DNA of 64,000 bases from a virus: positions 1 to 64,000 of IMG/VR virus record IMGVR_UViG_3300042197_002946. One strand, written 5' to 3'. Every line of letters begins with the position of its first letter. Within the stretch, counting starts at the first letter, position 1. Under the pieces are notes generated by a model. The model saw only the letters and a list, made by a program, of their open reading frames with translations, made no database searches and was not told the DNA's origin. This document shows positions 27,040 through 37,914 of the stretch, piece after piece. A program made the translations under genes and the position numbers.

Positions 27040-27861
27040 ATGCCAATCAATGATCTGGTTCAATTTAGAAAAGGTACTGCATCTGCGTGGACTACTGCCA
27101 ATCCTGTGTTGGCCAGTGGAGAGCCGGGCTTTGATGTTACAAACAATATACTTAAAGTAGGAACAGGATCATCTCCTTGGTCTTCCTTAAGTCCTTTATT
27201 TAGTGGATTATATATTAGTGGAACTGGAACGTCTGGATACTTAAATAAGTGGAACTCAACATCATCAATCACAAATTCTATTGTATATGACAATGGAACC
27301 AATATTGGAATAGGAACAAATAATCCTGCATATAAGCTAGATGTTGCTGGTAGTGGTAGTTTTTATAGTCTTAATATCAATAATCAGTTTACGCTCCCCT
27401 CAACAGATGGTTCTATTGGTCAATTTTTGTCAACTAATGGATCAGGAGTTGTTAGCTGGACCAATCCGTCTTCCACGGTCAGAGGATATGAGATCTTATC
27501 TAGCGGAAAGAGTGTATTTAATGTTAGTCCTGGATATGATACTGGTAATTTGGATGTTTATTATAATGGTTTAAAATTATTAGTTAATGACGACTATACC
27601 GCATCAAATGGAACCTCCTTTTCTTTAAATAATCCTGCTGCTAGCGGAGATATCATTGAGTGGATAGGATCCTCAACGATTGGCGCTAGCTTTGCATTAT
27701 CTCAACATACTCATCTGTCCAGCGAGATTACGTTTGCTTCTGGCACACCTGCTAGTGCCACAGCTGTGGGAATTAAAGGACAGATATTATGGGACAATAA
27801 TTATTTATATGTTTGTGTAAATACTAATACTTGGAAAAGATCAGCTATAACATCATGGTAA
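27040..27861 (+). CDS. fibre protein with Mtd N-terminal-like domain (paralog)
   Basis: VQFRKG...W...NPVL..GEPG; NIGIGTNNP..KLDV.G; WD.NYLYVC..TNTWKR. Confidence 0.75.
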   Translation: MPINDLVQFRKGTASAWTTANPVLASGEPGFDVTNNILKVGTGSSPWSSLSPLFSGLYISGTGTSGYLNKWNSTSSITNSIVYDNGTNIGIGTNNPAYKLDVAGSGSFYSLNINNQFTLPSTDGSIGQFLSTNGSGVVSWTNPSSTVRGYEILSSGKSVFNVSPGYDTGNLDVYYNGLKLLVNDDYTASNGTSFSLNNPAASGDIIEWIGSSTIGASFALSQHTHLSSEITFASGTPASATAVGIKGQILWDNNYLYVCVNTNTWKRSAITSW

Positions 27862-27873
27862 AAGAGTTATTAT

Positions 27874-30800
27874 ATGTCTAAAATATTTAAACATGCACAA
27901 CTAATACAGAATATTAAAAATAATAATATTTTAATAAATGGTAATTTTAATATATGGGAACGAGGTTCTAGCTTCTCTTATTCTGGATACACAGCAGACA
28001 GATGGGCAGCCATAGCATTCAATTCCAACGATCAGCTTTCTGTACAAAAAATTACTACTGGAGGATTTTTAGACAATAATATTTATTCTATTAGATTGAA
28101 AACTGTCAAAAATAATTCTTATATTATCCTTACTCAGATTATTGAGACATTAGACCTATTACCCCTCAAGGGAGATGTGGTTACCCTGAGCTTCTATGCT
28201 AGATCGCCGGTAACAACCCCCACTAACAATTTTGCTGGTAATATTTCAGCTAGATGTGTTTATACAACAATTCCAGATAATATAGTGACAAATAAAACAG
28301 TTGTTGCTGGATCAGAGATAAATTCTACAATCGATTCCTCATGGAAACAATACTTGATATCCTTCACCATTCCTTCTAATGCTCAAACAGTAGCAGTAGA
28401 GATTTATCCCACCAATACTCAAACTTTACCGAGCAATGCTATAATAGACATTACTCAAATTAAGCTAGAAACAGGACCTGTAGCAACATCCTTTGCCGAT
28501 GTGTCATATACTACGGAGCTATTGCAATGCCAAAGATATTATCAAAAAACTAGCTCAGAATTGTCTCCAGGAGGAGCGCTTAAGCCTCTTGGTCATCAAA
28601 TTAGACTATCTACTAAAATCAGATCGCCCAAAGCTAGCATATCTCTACAAGACCAATCGGAAAACTTAAGTAATTTACAAGCTTCTTTGGATAGTAATAC
28701 TGACAGCCTGAACATCAAAGGAGTTGCCCAAGGAACATATAGCAATATCAAGCTGCCTGCTATTTTTATCGATGGAGAAGTTCCATACGCTCTACCTCCA
28801 TCTAAAGTATCAGGAGTTTACATTACCAGGTCATCATCTACAGCAAACATTTATTGGCAAGCAGCTAATAATAATAATTCTGATATCGAATCCTATCATA
28901 TATTGTATGGAGATAACATTGCTAATTTAGATAATTCTTTAGTTGTATCTGGAAACTCTACTCTGTCTGGTACAGTCACCGAACTCAAGGAATATATCCC
29001 ATACTACTTTAGCATTTATGCAAAAAATATCATGGGGGCCGGACCTGCTTCTGATACTATAACCTCAGGACCTGTAGCTACGGTACCGTCATCCCCAATA
29101 TCAGTAACTGGAGCATGGGGTTTTGGACAATCTACTATTTCATGGGTAGCTCCGTCAGATAATGGAGGCGTGGCTATAACAGGATATCTGATCCAAAGAG
29201 ATGTGGTAATGTCGTTTGATTCTGCTAATCTATTTCGTGCTAGCTTTAATTTATCTAATCAAAATAACATATTAAATGCTGTTATAAATAATGGTACAGA
29301 TACTGGTAGTATTTATTATTATCGTGTAGCAGCTATTAATATGATGGGTTTGGGACCATGGAGTTCTACTTTTTCTCTAAATAAAGCAGTACCTTCATCG
29401 CCATTAAGACCATCTCTAGTTAGCGGAAATACAAATGCTGTCTTTTCATGGTCAGCCCCAGTGACAGATAATGGAGGATCTATTACAGGAACTATTATAC
29501 AATATCACAATAATAATGATGCTTCTAATTTTACTGGTGCTATTACTATTAATAACGGGATAGGAAGAAGTCGTCGAGTCGATAATCTTATCAATAATAC
29601 CACATATTATTTTCGCGCAGCAGAATTGAATATCTATGGAACAGGAGCATGGTCCAACTCGGCTTCTGTTGTACCATTCAGACCAGTTACTCCACCAGGA
29701 CCTCCGAGAAGCTTAACTGCCTCATGGTCTAAAAATATTATGTCAGACAACAACAAAATATACATAGATTGGGACACCCCATTAGATAATGGAGGAGCCA
29801 CTATTTCCAATTATAGAGTTCAAATTGATACAAATAATACTTTTGCTTCTAATAATTTACGAACATTCACAACACTAGCCAGCGATACAGAGTACCGAGT
29901 CCCATCGCTAAATAATGGGTCAACATACCATGTTCGAGTGGCTGGAATTAATACTAGCGGAATAGGAATATATGCTTCTGGCGTCTCTTTAGCAGAAACA
30001 ACTCCAGACGCTCCATTTAATGTGAGCGCCACAGCAGGAAATACCGCAGTTAATATAACATGGTCACAACCATTTTCTAATGGTGCAGACATATCCAGTT
30101 ATACGATCAGAAGATCTGTTAGTGCAAACATGTCTTCTCCAGTATCTATTACTGGTATAGCATCAACATCTGTCAATTATACTGTTACCTCTTTAACAAA
30201 CGATACGACATATTACTTTGATATAGTAGCTATAAATAGAAATGGTTCTGGTATAGCCTCTCAGACTGTATTTGCCACACCCAGAGCACCGGCTACTATC
30301 CCATCAGCGCCTTCCGATCTAACACTCAGCAGACCAAGCATATCCAGCATTATAGCATCTGTTAAAGCCCCGATCAATAACGGTAATTCTGCTATTACAG
30401 GATATAGATTAGAATATGCTACAAATAATAGCTTTTCTGGCGCTACTACTTCGATTCAGCCATCTAATATTTTTACTGTTAATAACGTATCTAATGTCTC
30501 TTACTATGTAAGAGTAGCGGCTTTAAATAGTGTAGGGGTCAGTCCCTATGTTTCGGGATATATCCCCCAAACCATCATTTCTCCACAACTACCTTCCAAT
30601 ATCGCAGTAACCCCATATAATACTTCGGGCGTGATAACATGGACACCCCCATCTACTGGTATCGGATATGGCTATGCTGATTCTGTATCTTATAGACTAA
30701 CTCTACAAGGAGCTACTACGGTATCGACAATCAATAATAACTATACTTTTAGTGAACTATCTCCTGGTACACAATATTATGTAGATATACAAACAGTTAA

Positions 30801-31347
30801 TGCTCCTCCAGTACCTTTAGCTCCCCAGTATTCTCCATCTCAGAGAGTAGAATTTACTACTACTGGAACATCGCTCAAAACTAATTTTATCTATACAATA
30901 TCCTGTAATTGTAATCCCTATTCGGCCTCTCAGAATACTAGTAGATACCCCACCCCTGCTGGATGGCCAACCATGAACCGCACCTGCATCAGATGTGATG
31001 GAGATGTAAAAAAGACAAGATCTTTGTATATTTCTTTTAATAATGGCCCATGGATACTAGTGGGCGGTAATAGATGGGTTCAAGGAGCACCAAACTGCTT
31101 TAAAGCCACTCCCATTACTGTTGCATCTATGATTAGACCACTACCGTTTACGAATGTGATGAGAATACGAGCAGTAGGTAACGATGGTAAAGATCAGATT
31201 TATAGAACTTCGGGAAGTTGGGATATTAGAAACCAAGGGAATGGTCAAATCTTCATTATGTATAATCCTGGATATGGAGGAGCTTATCCATGGGATATGA
31301 ACATAGCGCTTAAAATAGATCCAGCATTATATAAGTATACAATATAG
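27874..31347 (+). CDS. virion protein with carbohydrate-binding-like N-domain and multiple fibronectin type III repeats
   Basis: NILINGNF.IW.RG...ADRW...ELLQCQRYY; repeated W.AP.DNGG..I..Y...Y.RVAA.N..G.G. Confidence 0.85.
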   Translation: MSKIFKHAQLIQNIKNNNILINGNFNIWERGSSFSYSGYTADRWAAIAFNSNDQLSVQKITTGGFLDNNIYSIRLKTVKNNSYIILTQIIETLDLLPLKGDVVTLSFYARSPVTTPTNNFAGNISARCVYTTIPDNIVTNKTVVAGSEINSTIDSSWKQYLISFTIPSNAQTVAVEIYPTNTQTLPSNAIIDITQIKLETGPVATSFADVSYTTELLQCQRYYQKTSSELSPGGALKPLGHQIRLSTKIRSPKASISLQDQSENLSNLQASLDSNTDSLNIKGVAQGTYSNIKLPAIFIDGEVPYALPPSKVSGVYITRSSSTANIYWQAANNNNSDIESYHILYGDNIANLDNSLVVSGNSTLSGTVTELKEYIPYYFSIYAKNIMGAGPASDTITSGPVATVPSSPISVTGAWGFGQSTISWVAPSDNGGVAITGYLIQRDVVMSFDSANLFRASFNLSNQNNILNAVINNGTDTGSIYYYRVAAINMMGLGPWSSTFSLNKAVPSSPLRPSLVSGNTNAVFSWSAPVTDNGGSITGTIIQYHNNNDASNFTGAITINNGIGRSRRVDNLINNTTYYFRAAELNIYGTGAWSNSASVVPFRPVTPPGPPRSLTASWSKNIMSDNNKIYIDWDTPLDNGGATISNYRVQIDTNNTFASNNLRTFTTLASDTEYRVPSLNNGSTYHVRVAGINTSGIGIYASGVSLAETTPDAPFNVSATAGNTAVNITWSQPFSNGADISSYTIRRSVSANMSSPVSITGIASTSVNYTVTSLTNDTTYYFDIVAINRNGSGIASQTVFATPRAPATIPSAPSDLTLSRPSISSIIASVKAPINNGNSAITGYRLEYATNNSFSGATTSIQPSNIFTVNNVSNVSYYVRVAALNSVGVSPYVSGYIPQTIISPQLPSNIAVTPYNTSGVITWTPPSTGIGYGYADSVSYRLTLQGATTVSTINNNYTFSELSPGTQYYVDIQTVNAPPVPLAPQYSPSQRVEFTTTGTSLKTNFIYTISCNCNPYSASQNTSRYPTPAGWPTMNRTCIRCDGDVKKTRSLYISFNNGPWILVGGNRWVQGAPNCFKATPITVASMIRPLPFTNVMRIRAVGNDGKDQIYRTSGSWDIRNQGNGQIFIMYNPGYGGAYPWDMNIALKIDPALYKYTI

Positions 31348-31357
31348 GAATTTTATT

Positions 31358-32086
31358 ATGATATGTGGTTATGAAAATATCGATACTTTATGCTTATCTA
31401 ATAAATACCAGTATCAATATCTACAAACAGTATCTGTAAACGGAATCGCTGTTAATAGATCAGATATCGATGCTCCCGTATTGCGTACCGATAGTGATAC
31501 AGGTGAGACATTGGTTCTATATAGCACATCTTCTGATCAGATTTTGCCTTGCGATACATACGATGAAGCAGAAATAGTGTCTGCTTGGGAGTGTTATCAA
31601 AAATGGCTTAGTGCTGGAAATATACCAGAGGATGCTCCCTTGTTATCGTTTAAAGAAACACAAAAAAATATTATTGCCTCCTCATATAATGATGCTTTAC
31701 AAAGAGGTTACTCTACTACTATTAATGATGTTAACATTAATTTACCTAGAGATGAGCAGTACCAATTAAATTTGACATCCACTATGCTTAAAGCTACTAT
31801 AGACTATACTGTTAATAACAAAGATACCATTCCAACCATTATAGATTCTGAGGGGAATACCATAGAAATACCATACACATCTTTATTAGATGAATATGAA
31901 AAATATAATACTGAAATTAGTAGATTAAATAATCTTAAAAATCAATTATTTAATGAAGTAAATAATGCGATTGATAAACAATCTATTACTAATAATATTT
32001 GGGATACGACAAAACTCATTGATCAAGATGGTTGTGGTGCTGGTTATGGTGTTGCTGCCGATGGAAAGTGTACTTCTTATGAGTGA
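31358..32086 (+). CDS. fibre assembly chaperone-like protein
   Basis: YQKWL..GN.P motif; follows fibre gene. Confidence 0.45.
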   Translation: MICGYENIDTLCLSNKYQYQYLQTVSVNGIAVNRSDIDAPVLRTDSDTGETLVLYSTSSDQILPCDTYDEAEIVSAWECYQKWLSAGNIPEDAPLLSFKETQKNIIASSYNDALQRGYSTTINDVNINLPRDEQYQLNLTSTMLKATIDYTVNNKDTIPTIIDSEGNTIEIPYTSLLDEYEKYNTEISRLNNLKNQLFNEVNNAIDKQSITNNIWDTTKLIDQDGCGAGYGVAADGKCTSYE

Positions 32087-32831
32087 TAAAACTAAAATAG
32101 CAGTATTGTTATGGTTATATCATTCAGATTTATGTTTTAGTTTTTTTAATTATTTATATCCATTAAGGCACCATATTAAATTATTTTTGGGACTATGTAA
32201 AGATAATAATAATCAAATAGTGATTGATTTATTTACTAAATATTTTAATAGTGATCAGCTTTTTATAACATATCACGAAAATAAAGGCGCAGATATTTTG
32301 CCTTTTATACAACAGCTATCATTTCTATCTTATAAAAAATATCCAAATTTTATTAAGCTTCATTCTAAAAAATCAGAATTATCTTTTACCAAAAAATGGA
32401 GAACAGAACTCTGCGACTACTATATCTCGTCCGAAAAAAGATTTTTGACTATTAAAAAACTACTCAATAGTAAAAATGTCGGTTCTGTAGGACACCCATC
32501 CTTTATTTTGCAAAAATGTGAGTTTGTTCATTCTGATTATATATATCAACTTTGTAATCATATGCATATCTCTATACCAGCAAAAAGACCATTTGTAGCT
32601 GGTTGTATGTTTGCTGGTAAAACTCAACTATATCAAAAATATATATTACCACATTCTGGCTATTTTGAGCAGTTGTGCCGCGATGAGACTGGAAAAATTA
32701 ATGATTTAAATGGACCAACATACACACATTCATTAGAGAGGGTGCTCGGATATATAGCATGTCAGGACAATTATCAATTATGTTCATTGAAAGAACAGCG
32801 GTGTATAGATCATATATCTCTATCTAATTAA
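32079..32831 (+). CDS. RgpF (rhamnan synthesis F)-like glycosyltransferase
   Basis: ENKGADILPF, KLHSKKS, WR, FVAGCMF, HSLER. Confidence 0.75.
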   Translation: MSDKTKIAVLLWLYHSDLCFSFFNYLYPLRHHIKLFLGLCKDNNNQIVIDLFTKYFNSDQLFITYHENKGADILPFIQQLSFLSYKKYPNFIKLHSKKSELSFTKKWRTELCDYYISSEKRFLTIKKLLNSKNVGSVGHPSFILQKCEFVHSDYIYQLCNHMHISIPAKRPFVAGCMFAGKTQLYQKYILPHSGYFEQLCRDETGKINDLNGPTYTHSLERVLGYIACQDNYQLCSLKEQRCIDHISLSN

Positions 32832-32844
32832 ATAAGGCTAAATT

Positions 32845-34278
32845 ATGGCAGCCACAGAATATAGTTTCGCTATCGAACAAGGCACAATCTTTGCTATAGA
32901 CTTTCGTTATTTGAATAGTCAACAAATACCTATAGATCTCTCTAATCACTGTATTATTATGAGAATACAGCCGTTGGATGGTCCAGATCTAAATTTGATA
33001 ACTTTAACTACCACAGGAAATACAACCGCTCCTTCTTACTCTTTTAGGTTAGTTCCTCCAGAAGGCCGTATTCAGCTTAGATTACCCGCAGAGACCACTA
33101 ACTCCTACTCTTGGGCTAGCGCTAATTATGAACTAGAGATCATATCTCCAGATTTATTTTATAACGGAGGATCTAGAGTAGTAAAGAGACTTTTGCAAGG
33201 AACAATCGCCATTAGACCAAGATTAATTCCAGCAGCTTCTTTACCATCTTGTACAGTATCAGAAGAAGGTACAGATCAAGTGTATGGATCGGAGCTGGAC
33301 TTGTCGTCTTATAGCATTGCTGATAGTTGTATAGGATCTCCTTGTGAATTTATTGGAGGAAATGCTGTTGTCTACAATATGACTAATCCTGCTAATGATT
33401 TGCCTATTATGTATTTGCAAGATCGTGTTTTGGCCAATAATGAAAATATTTTTGGAAAAAGCAATCCATTTCCTTTGACGGTAAGTGTTACAGAGTCTAG
33501 AATTATAGAAAGAATAGATGTATTTTTTGATGGATTTACTCATTCTAATCCCACTGATTTGAGACTAATGTTAGCTCATAATGGCAGCGGAGTACTATTA
33601 TTGGATCAAAATAAATTTCCAGAAAACAATAAGCCTCGCAGTTTGAGTTTTATTTTATCAGACTATGCTGTCCCTAGACAGGACGGATCAGCCCCTACTA
33701 TCACTAATGTAATGAATTATAATAATCCATTGATAGCTAATAAAAATTTAGCTTCGGCACTACCTGGTTGTTCCAATCCGTCGTCTTTATCATATCCTTT
33801 GCCTTCGGGGGCCTTTAGTGCTTCGGATAGCAACAAAAATATTAATATTTATGGTAGCGGATTGAAAACATTCGAAGGTATGAATATTTTTGGAGACTGG
33901 AAACTCTATGCTATAGACTATAATGAAAAAGACTCTGGTCTTATTGGTTCAGTCAAGCTAATTGCATATTTTCAAAATGAGTCTTCTAATAGCACATTAA
34001 ATTTTAATGCTTGCGGTAATATTCATCGAGATATTACTTTGTCTGGAACATCTGTGACTATCAATGGCGATTTAACTTATGGGCTAGATAATAATGATAT
34101 CGTTATTATTGAGTATGACAATGGTTCAGGAACTGTGGCCACTACTAGAACAATATCTACGGCGCCATCATATAATACGCAAACGGCCACCACAACCTTT
34201 ATTATAGACAGCGCTATCAGCGGAACAGTGAACAACCCCAAGATACTCAAATACAATGCATCATCCGGAGAAGTATAA
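32845..34278 (+). CDS. virion protein: beta-sandwich plus proprotein-convertase P-domain-like module
   Basis: IDV...FTHSNPTDLRLML...G..VLL...L..FEG.NI.GDWKLYAID....DSG.I. Confidence 0.6.
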   Translation: MAATEYSFAIEQGTIFAIDFRYLNSQQIPIDLSNHCIIMRIQPLDGPDLNLITLTTTGNTTAPSYSFRLVPPEGRIQLRLPAETTNSYSWASANYELEIISPDLFYNGGSRVVKRLLQGTIAIRPRLIPAASLPSCTVSEEGTDQVYGSELDLSSYSIADSCIGSPCEFIGGNAVVYNMTNPANDLPIMYLQDRVLANNENIFGKSNPFPLTVSVTESRIIERIDVFFDGFTHSNPTDLRLMLAHNGSGVLLLDQNKFPENNKPRSLSFILSDYAVPRQDGSAPTITNVMNYNNPLIANKNLASALPGCSNPSSLSYPLPSGAFSASDSNKNINIYGSGLKTFEGMNIFGDWKLYAIDYNEKDSGLIGSVKLIAYFQNESSNSTLNFNACGNIHRDITLSGTSVTINGDLTYGLDNNDIVIIEYDNGSGTVATTRTISTAPSYNTQTATTTFIIDSAISGTVNNPKILKYNASSGEV

Positions 34279-34820
34279 TGGCAGAATTTATATCTGTTAA
34301 TGATGCTGAAAGATTATCTGTTATAGATAATTTTATTGAATCTAGCATCATAGAGATTACCACAGGATTTCCTGGCCCTCCAGGCAAGGATGGATCACAA
34401 GGACTGCCAGGTCCAAGAGGGCCACGAGGTCGTACTGGTCCAGCATCACAACCCAATGAAATTGTTAAACTTACTGGTACCACCACCAATTCATCATCAT
34501 ATATACTTAACGCTGGAGAAACTAGTCTATATTTAAAAAATGGCTCTATAGTTTCGTTTTATGCGTCTATATCTGCATATAATATTACCGATGACACAGC
34601 AGCAGCATTTAACATAGAGGGAGCTGCTAAGCGAAATTTATCTGGAGCGGTATCTTTGGTTGGATCGTTAAATACTACTAATTTTAGTGATAACGGAATG
34701 GGAGGAGTTACTGTTTCTACAGAGACAGACAGCCCTAATGGATCGTTTGTATTCGTTGTCACAGGATTAGAGTCCAAGAACATTATATGGACAGGAACCG
34801 TTTTTATTAATAAAGCATGA
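34278..34820 (+). CDS. short collagen-repeat virion protein
   Basis: GFPGPPGKDGSQGLPGPRGPRGRTGPA. Confidence 0.75.
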   Translation: MAEFISVNDAERLSVIDNFIESSIIEITTGFPGPPGKDGSQGLPGPRGPRGRTGPASQPNEIVKLTGTTTNSSSYILNAGETSLYLKNGSIVSFYASISAYNITDDTAAAFNIEGAAKRNLSGAVSLVGSLNTTNFSDNGMGGVTVSTETDSPNGSFVFVVTGLESKNIIWTGTVFINKA

Positions 34821-35758
34821 AAGTAGCAGTAATCCTTTATCTATACAATTCTGCATTATTATCTGAATATATTTCTTTATTAGCCCCTATTAAAAAAGAT
34901 ATTCATTTATTTATTGGAGTATGTCTTGATAATGAAGCAGATATATTCTTAATAGAAAAAACTTTGATGTCTAATCATATAGATTATACATTATCTACAC
35001 ATCACAATATTGGTTTGGATATAGGTCCTTTTTTACAACAGATCCAGACGGTAGATTCCTCCAAATATAAAACATTTATCAAACTGCATTCCAAACAATC
35101 CTTGTGGGGTTATTACAAGAATATTCCTTGGAGAATTCCTTTAGTAAATTCTTTAATAGGTAGTGATATAATTTTTAAGACCAATCGTCAACATATACAA
35201 AACAATAAACATGTTGGAATGATAGCCAATACCGGATTTATGCTAGGCAGAGATAAAGAAGGTAGAAACTCCAATATTATTAAAGATATATGTACAAACT
35301 TTTTATCTATTAATATCGAAGAAATTAACAGAACAGACATATCGTTTGTGGCTGGAAGTATTTTTTGGTCGCATACTGAGATTTTTCAAAAATATTTTAC
35401 TCCATCTGTTATTCATAAGCTGTATTCGTTATTGGAGAGTAAAAGATTTAATGACTCTAAACAAGGGACATATGCACACTCTTTAGAAAGAATCTTTGGA
35501 TATATTATAGGACTGTCTGGATATCACATTATTGACGGTTTTGTGGATAAAACTATAGACATCACCAATACAAAATCAAATTATTCTTATAAATTAATAC
35601 AATGCTATAATAAAGTATGTTATGTTGATATTGATGTTCTTACAGCGGGTATACACTATCACATAGGAGACTCTCTACTGATCAATTGGAAGCACAAGAG
35701 CTACAATGGGTTTTGGAAAAAATACCACAAGATCACAGACCTATCATACATAAGTTGA
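34817..35758 (+). CDS. RgpF-like glycosyltransferase (paralog)
   Basis: NIGLDIGPF, KLHSK, WR, FVAGSIFW, HSLERIFG. Confidence 0.75.
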   Translation: MKVAVILYLYNSALLSEYISLLAPIKKDIHLFIGVCLDNEADIFLIEKTLMSNHIDYTLSTHHNIGLDIGPFLQQIQTVDSSKYKTFIKLHSKQSLWGYYKNIPWRIPLVNSLIGSDIIFKTNRQHIQNNKHVGMIANTGFMLGRDKEGRNSNIIKDICTNFLSINIEEINRTDISFVAGSIFWSHTEIFQKYFTPSVIHKLYSLLESKRFNDSKQGTYAHSLERIFGYIIGLSGYHIIDGFVDKTIDITNTKSNYSYKLIQCYNKVCYVDIDVLTAGIHYHIGDSLLINWKHKSYNGFWKKYHKITDLSYIS

Positions 35759-35810
35759 TTACTTTTATCGGTGTATGTTGTATTAACAGTTGTTTTTATA
35801 GGGAGTATTT

Positions 35811-36323
35811 ATGAGTATATTCAGTGGTATAATTTCACCCCAACTCAAAGAAATATACAACCAAGCCATAGACGCTTTGTTGGAAGATAACGCCTTAACA
35901 ATTCCATGCACAATCAAATATGGCTCTACTAAGCCAGTATATTGTACTAATTGCGAGATTGATCCTATATCTAATAGATCATCTAATTTATATAACAATA
36001 CTGGACCAAATCCTTTTGAAGATAATACTATGTGTCCTGTATGTTTAGGTAAAGGGTATATTGACACCAATAAAAATGAAATTATATACATGGCAGTATT
36101 ATTTAATGGGGCGGGGTGGTTGCAGTGGGGTTCCAAAACTGTACAGATACCAGATGGAATGGCCCAGACTCTGTGCAAATCAGAATTAATGCCTAAATTA
36201 AAAAATGCTGACTATATTATGTTTAATAATGATGAATCTAATATATATACCTTGGCAGGAGATCCCGAACTAGTCGGTTTAGGAGATACAAATTATGCCA
36301 TCGCTATGTGGAAAAGACAATGA
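35811..36323 (+). CDS. head-closure/neck-like protein with CxxC...CxxC
   Basis: CTNC...CPVCLGKG; position. Confidence 0.55.
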   Translation: MSIFSGIISPQLKEIYNQAIDALLEDNALTIPCTIKYGSTKPVYCTNCEIDPISNRSSNLYNNTGPNPFEDNTMCPVCLGKGYIDTNKNEIIYMAVLFNGAGWLQWGSKTVQIPDGMAQTLCKSELMPKLKNADYIMFNNDESNIYTLAGDPELVGLGDTNYAIAMWKRQ

Positions 36324-36967
36324 AATATTCTTTAAAATTACTTGAGTCCAATTCATCGATTAGGAAAATGATACTAGAAGCCTTACAAGAGGATGTATCT
36401 CAGACTATTAATAGGGCTATTCCTCTCATTTCTAAACAAATACAAGATTTGGTTAGGTCTGCCATTAGATCCTCCAATGAATATCAGTCATTATTAAGTG
36501 GAAAACTTAGATTTGAATTTGGCATACCAGATACTAGTGTGGTTGATCAAGTTATTGATGCTTGGGTTAATAATATTAATGTTGACATTAAAAAAATATC
36601 TATTACTAATACTGGATTATCTGGAGGTTTTTCTGTTGGGATGATAGCCTCAGATTTTCAAGACGTATTATCTTTAGCGGGCTCTCAGGTGACCGATACA
36701 GAAAAAGGATACTCTCTACCTTGGTTACAATGGTTGTTGTTAGATGGAAATAAGGTATTAGTCAAAGACTATAAGGTAGTACTAGGCCCTAATCCATATT
36801 CTCGTACAGGATATGCTCTTATGAGAGAAAACTCATCGTCAGGCTGGAGAGTTCCTGCTGAATTTGCGGGTACAGTTTCTAATAACTGGGTTACCAGAGC
36901 TATAGACTCTTTATCAGATGATATCAATAATATTTTTATACAAGAAATAGAAAAGGCTATTATATGA
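36320..36967 (+). CDS. neck/tail completion-like protein
   Basis: position; WLQWLL, NNWVTRAI. Confidence 0.5.
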   Translation: MKYSLKLLESNSSIRKMILEALQEDVSQTINRAIPLISKQIQDLVRSAIRSSNEYQSLLSGKLRFEFGIPDTSVVDQVIDAWVNNINVDIKKISITNTGLSGGFSVGMIASDFQDVLSLAGSQVTDTEKGYSLPWLQWLLLDGNKVLVKDYKVVLGPNPYSRTGYALMRENSSSGWRVPAEFAGTVSNNWVTRAIDSLSDDINNIFIQEIEKAII

Positions 36968-37914
36968 GCTGTAATTATTCACCTAATTTTCAAGCTGTAA
37001 ACAGTATGGGGGAATATCATCTATATACTCAATTAGAGCACAATCTGAAAACTTTTCTAGATTGGGGTTTTGTTAATATAGGCGGTTTTGTAAATATAAC
37101 CAGACCCACAGCAAATATTAATAATTCAGCTAATTTTCATAAATTATCTTCTAGACAGGATCCTGCTTATCCCAAAAACAGAGTATGGGAAACTTTTAAA
37201 AAGCAATGGGTATATGAGTCAGGAGTGTCCTATAATACTACTAATCCTATTCCTATTAGTGGCGTTTATATTAACAATGCTTTCGTGCCGGGCCCCACAG
37301 GAAATGTTCAGTATCCTTTTACTTTAAATTATGACTTGGGTAGAGTGATTTTTGCTAGTGGATTACCGTCTAATACTTCGGTAGAAATGGATTTTTCTTT
37401 CAGAACTGTACAAACATATAAAGCTAATGATGCTTTGAGTCAGTGGAAGCAGCTACAAGAACTAACATATAAGACTGGCTCAGTAGACGCTATTGTAACA
37501 TCAAATCATAGAGCTCAAATGCCGTGTATTATTATTGAACCTACTTCTAATGCTATATTTAAACCCTATGAACTTGGCACCAAAAAACAAATAGTCAATC
37601 AAAATATTCTATTGCATATTTTTTCAGAAAATTATGTTGAAAAAAATAATATAGTAGACATTATTCGTTTTCAAAAAGATAAAGAGCTTAGGCTATATGA
37701 TGTTAAACAGGTGGTATCGGACAAGGTTTATCCTTTAAATCCTAATGGGTCTAAAAATATATATGGTCAAAATTATAATCAATTATTAGATGATTCTAGC
37801 GCATATTTATGGAGAACATCGTATATTGATGATGTTTCTGTTATGGATATGGAATCATTAAATAACAATATTTACTACTCTACAGTACGTTTGGATGTTC
37901 AGATTTTTATGTAA
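36964..37914 (+). CDS. tail terminator-like protein
   Basis: immediately upstream of tail tube; MPCIIIE...LLHIFSE. Confidence 0.5.
   Translation: MSCNYSPNFQAVNSMGEYHLYTQLEHNLKTFLDWGFVNIGGFVNITRPTANINNSANFHKLSSRQDPAYPKNRVWETFKKQWVYESGVSYNTTNPIPISGVYINNAFVPGPTGNVQYPFTLNYDLGRVIFASGLPSNTSVEMDFSFRTVQTYKANDALSQWKQLQELTYKTGSVDAIVTSNHRAQMPCIIIEPTSNAIFKPYELGTKKQIVNQNILLHIFSENYVEKNNIVDIIRFQKDKELRLYDVKQVVSDKVYPLNPNGSKNIYGQNYNQLLDDSSAYLWRTSYIDDVSVMDMESLNNNIYYSTVRLDVQIFM

Noticed and set aside
25677-27861. Diversity-generating retroelement suggested by Mtd-like domains
   Set aside because: Only the N-terminal Mtd-like domain is present; no reverse transcriptase or TR/VR pair is seen in the window.
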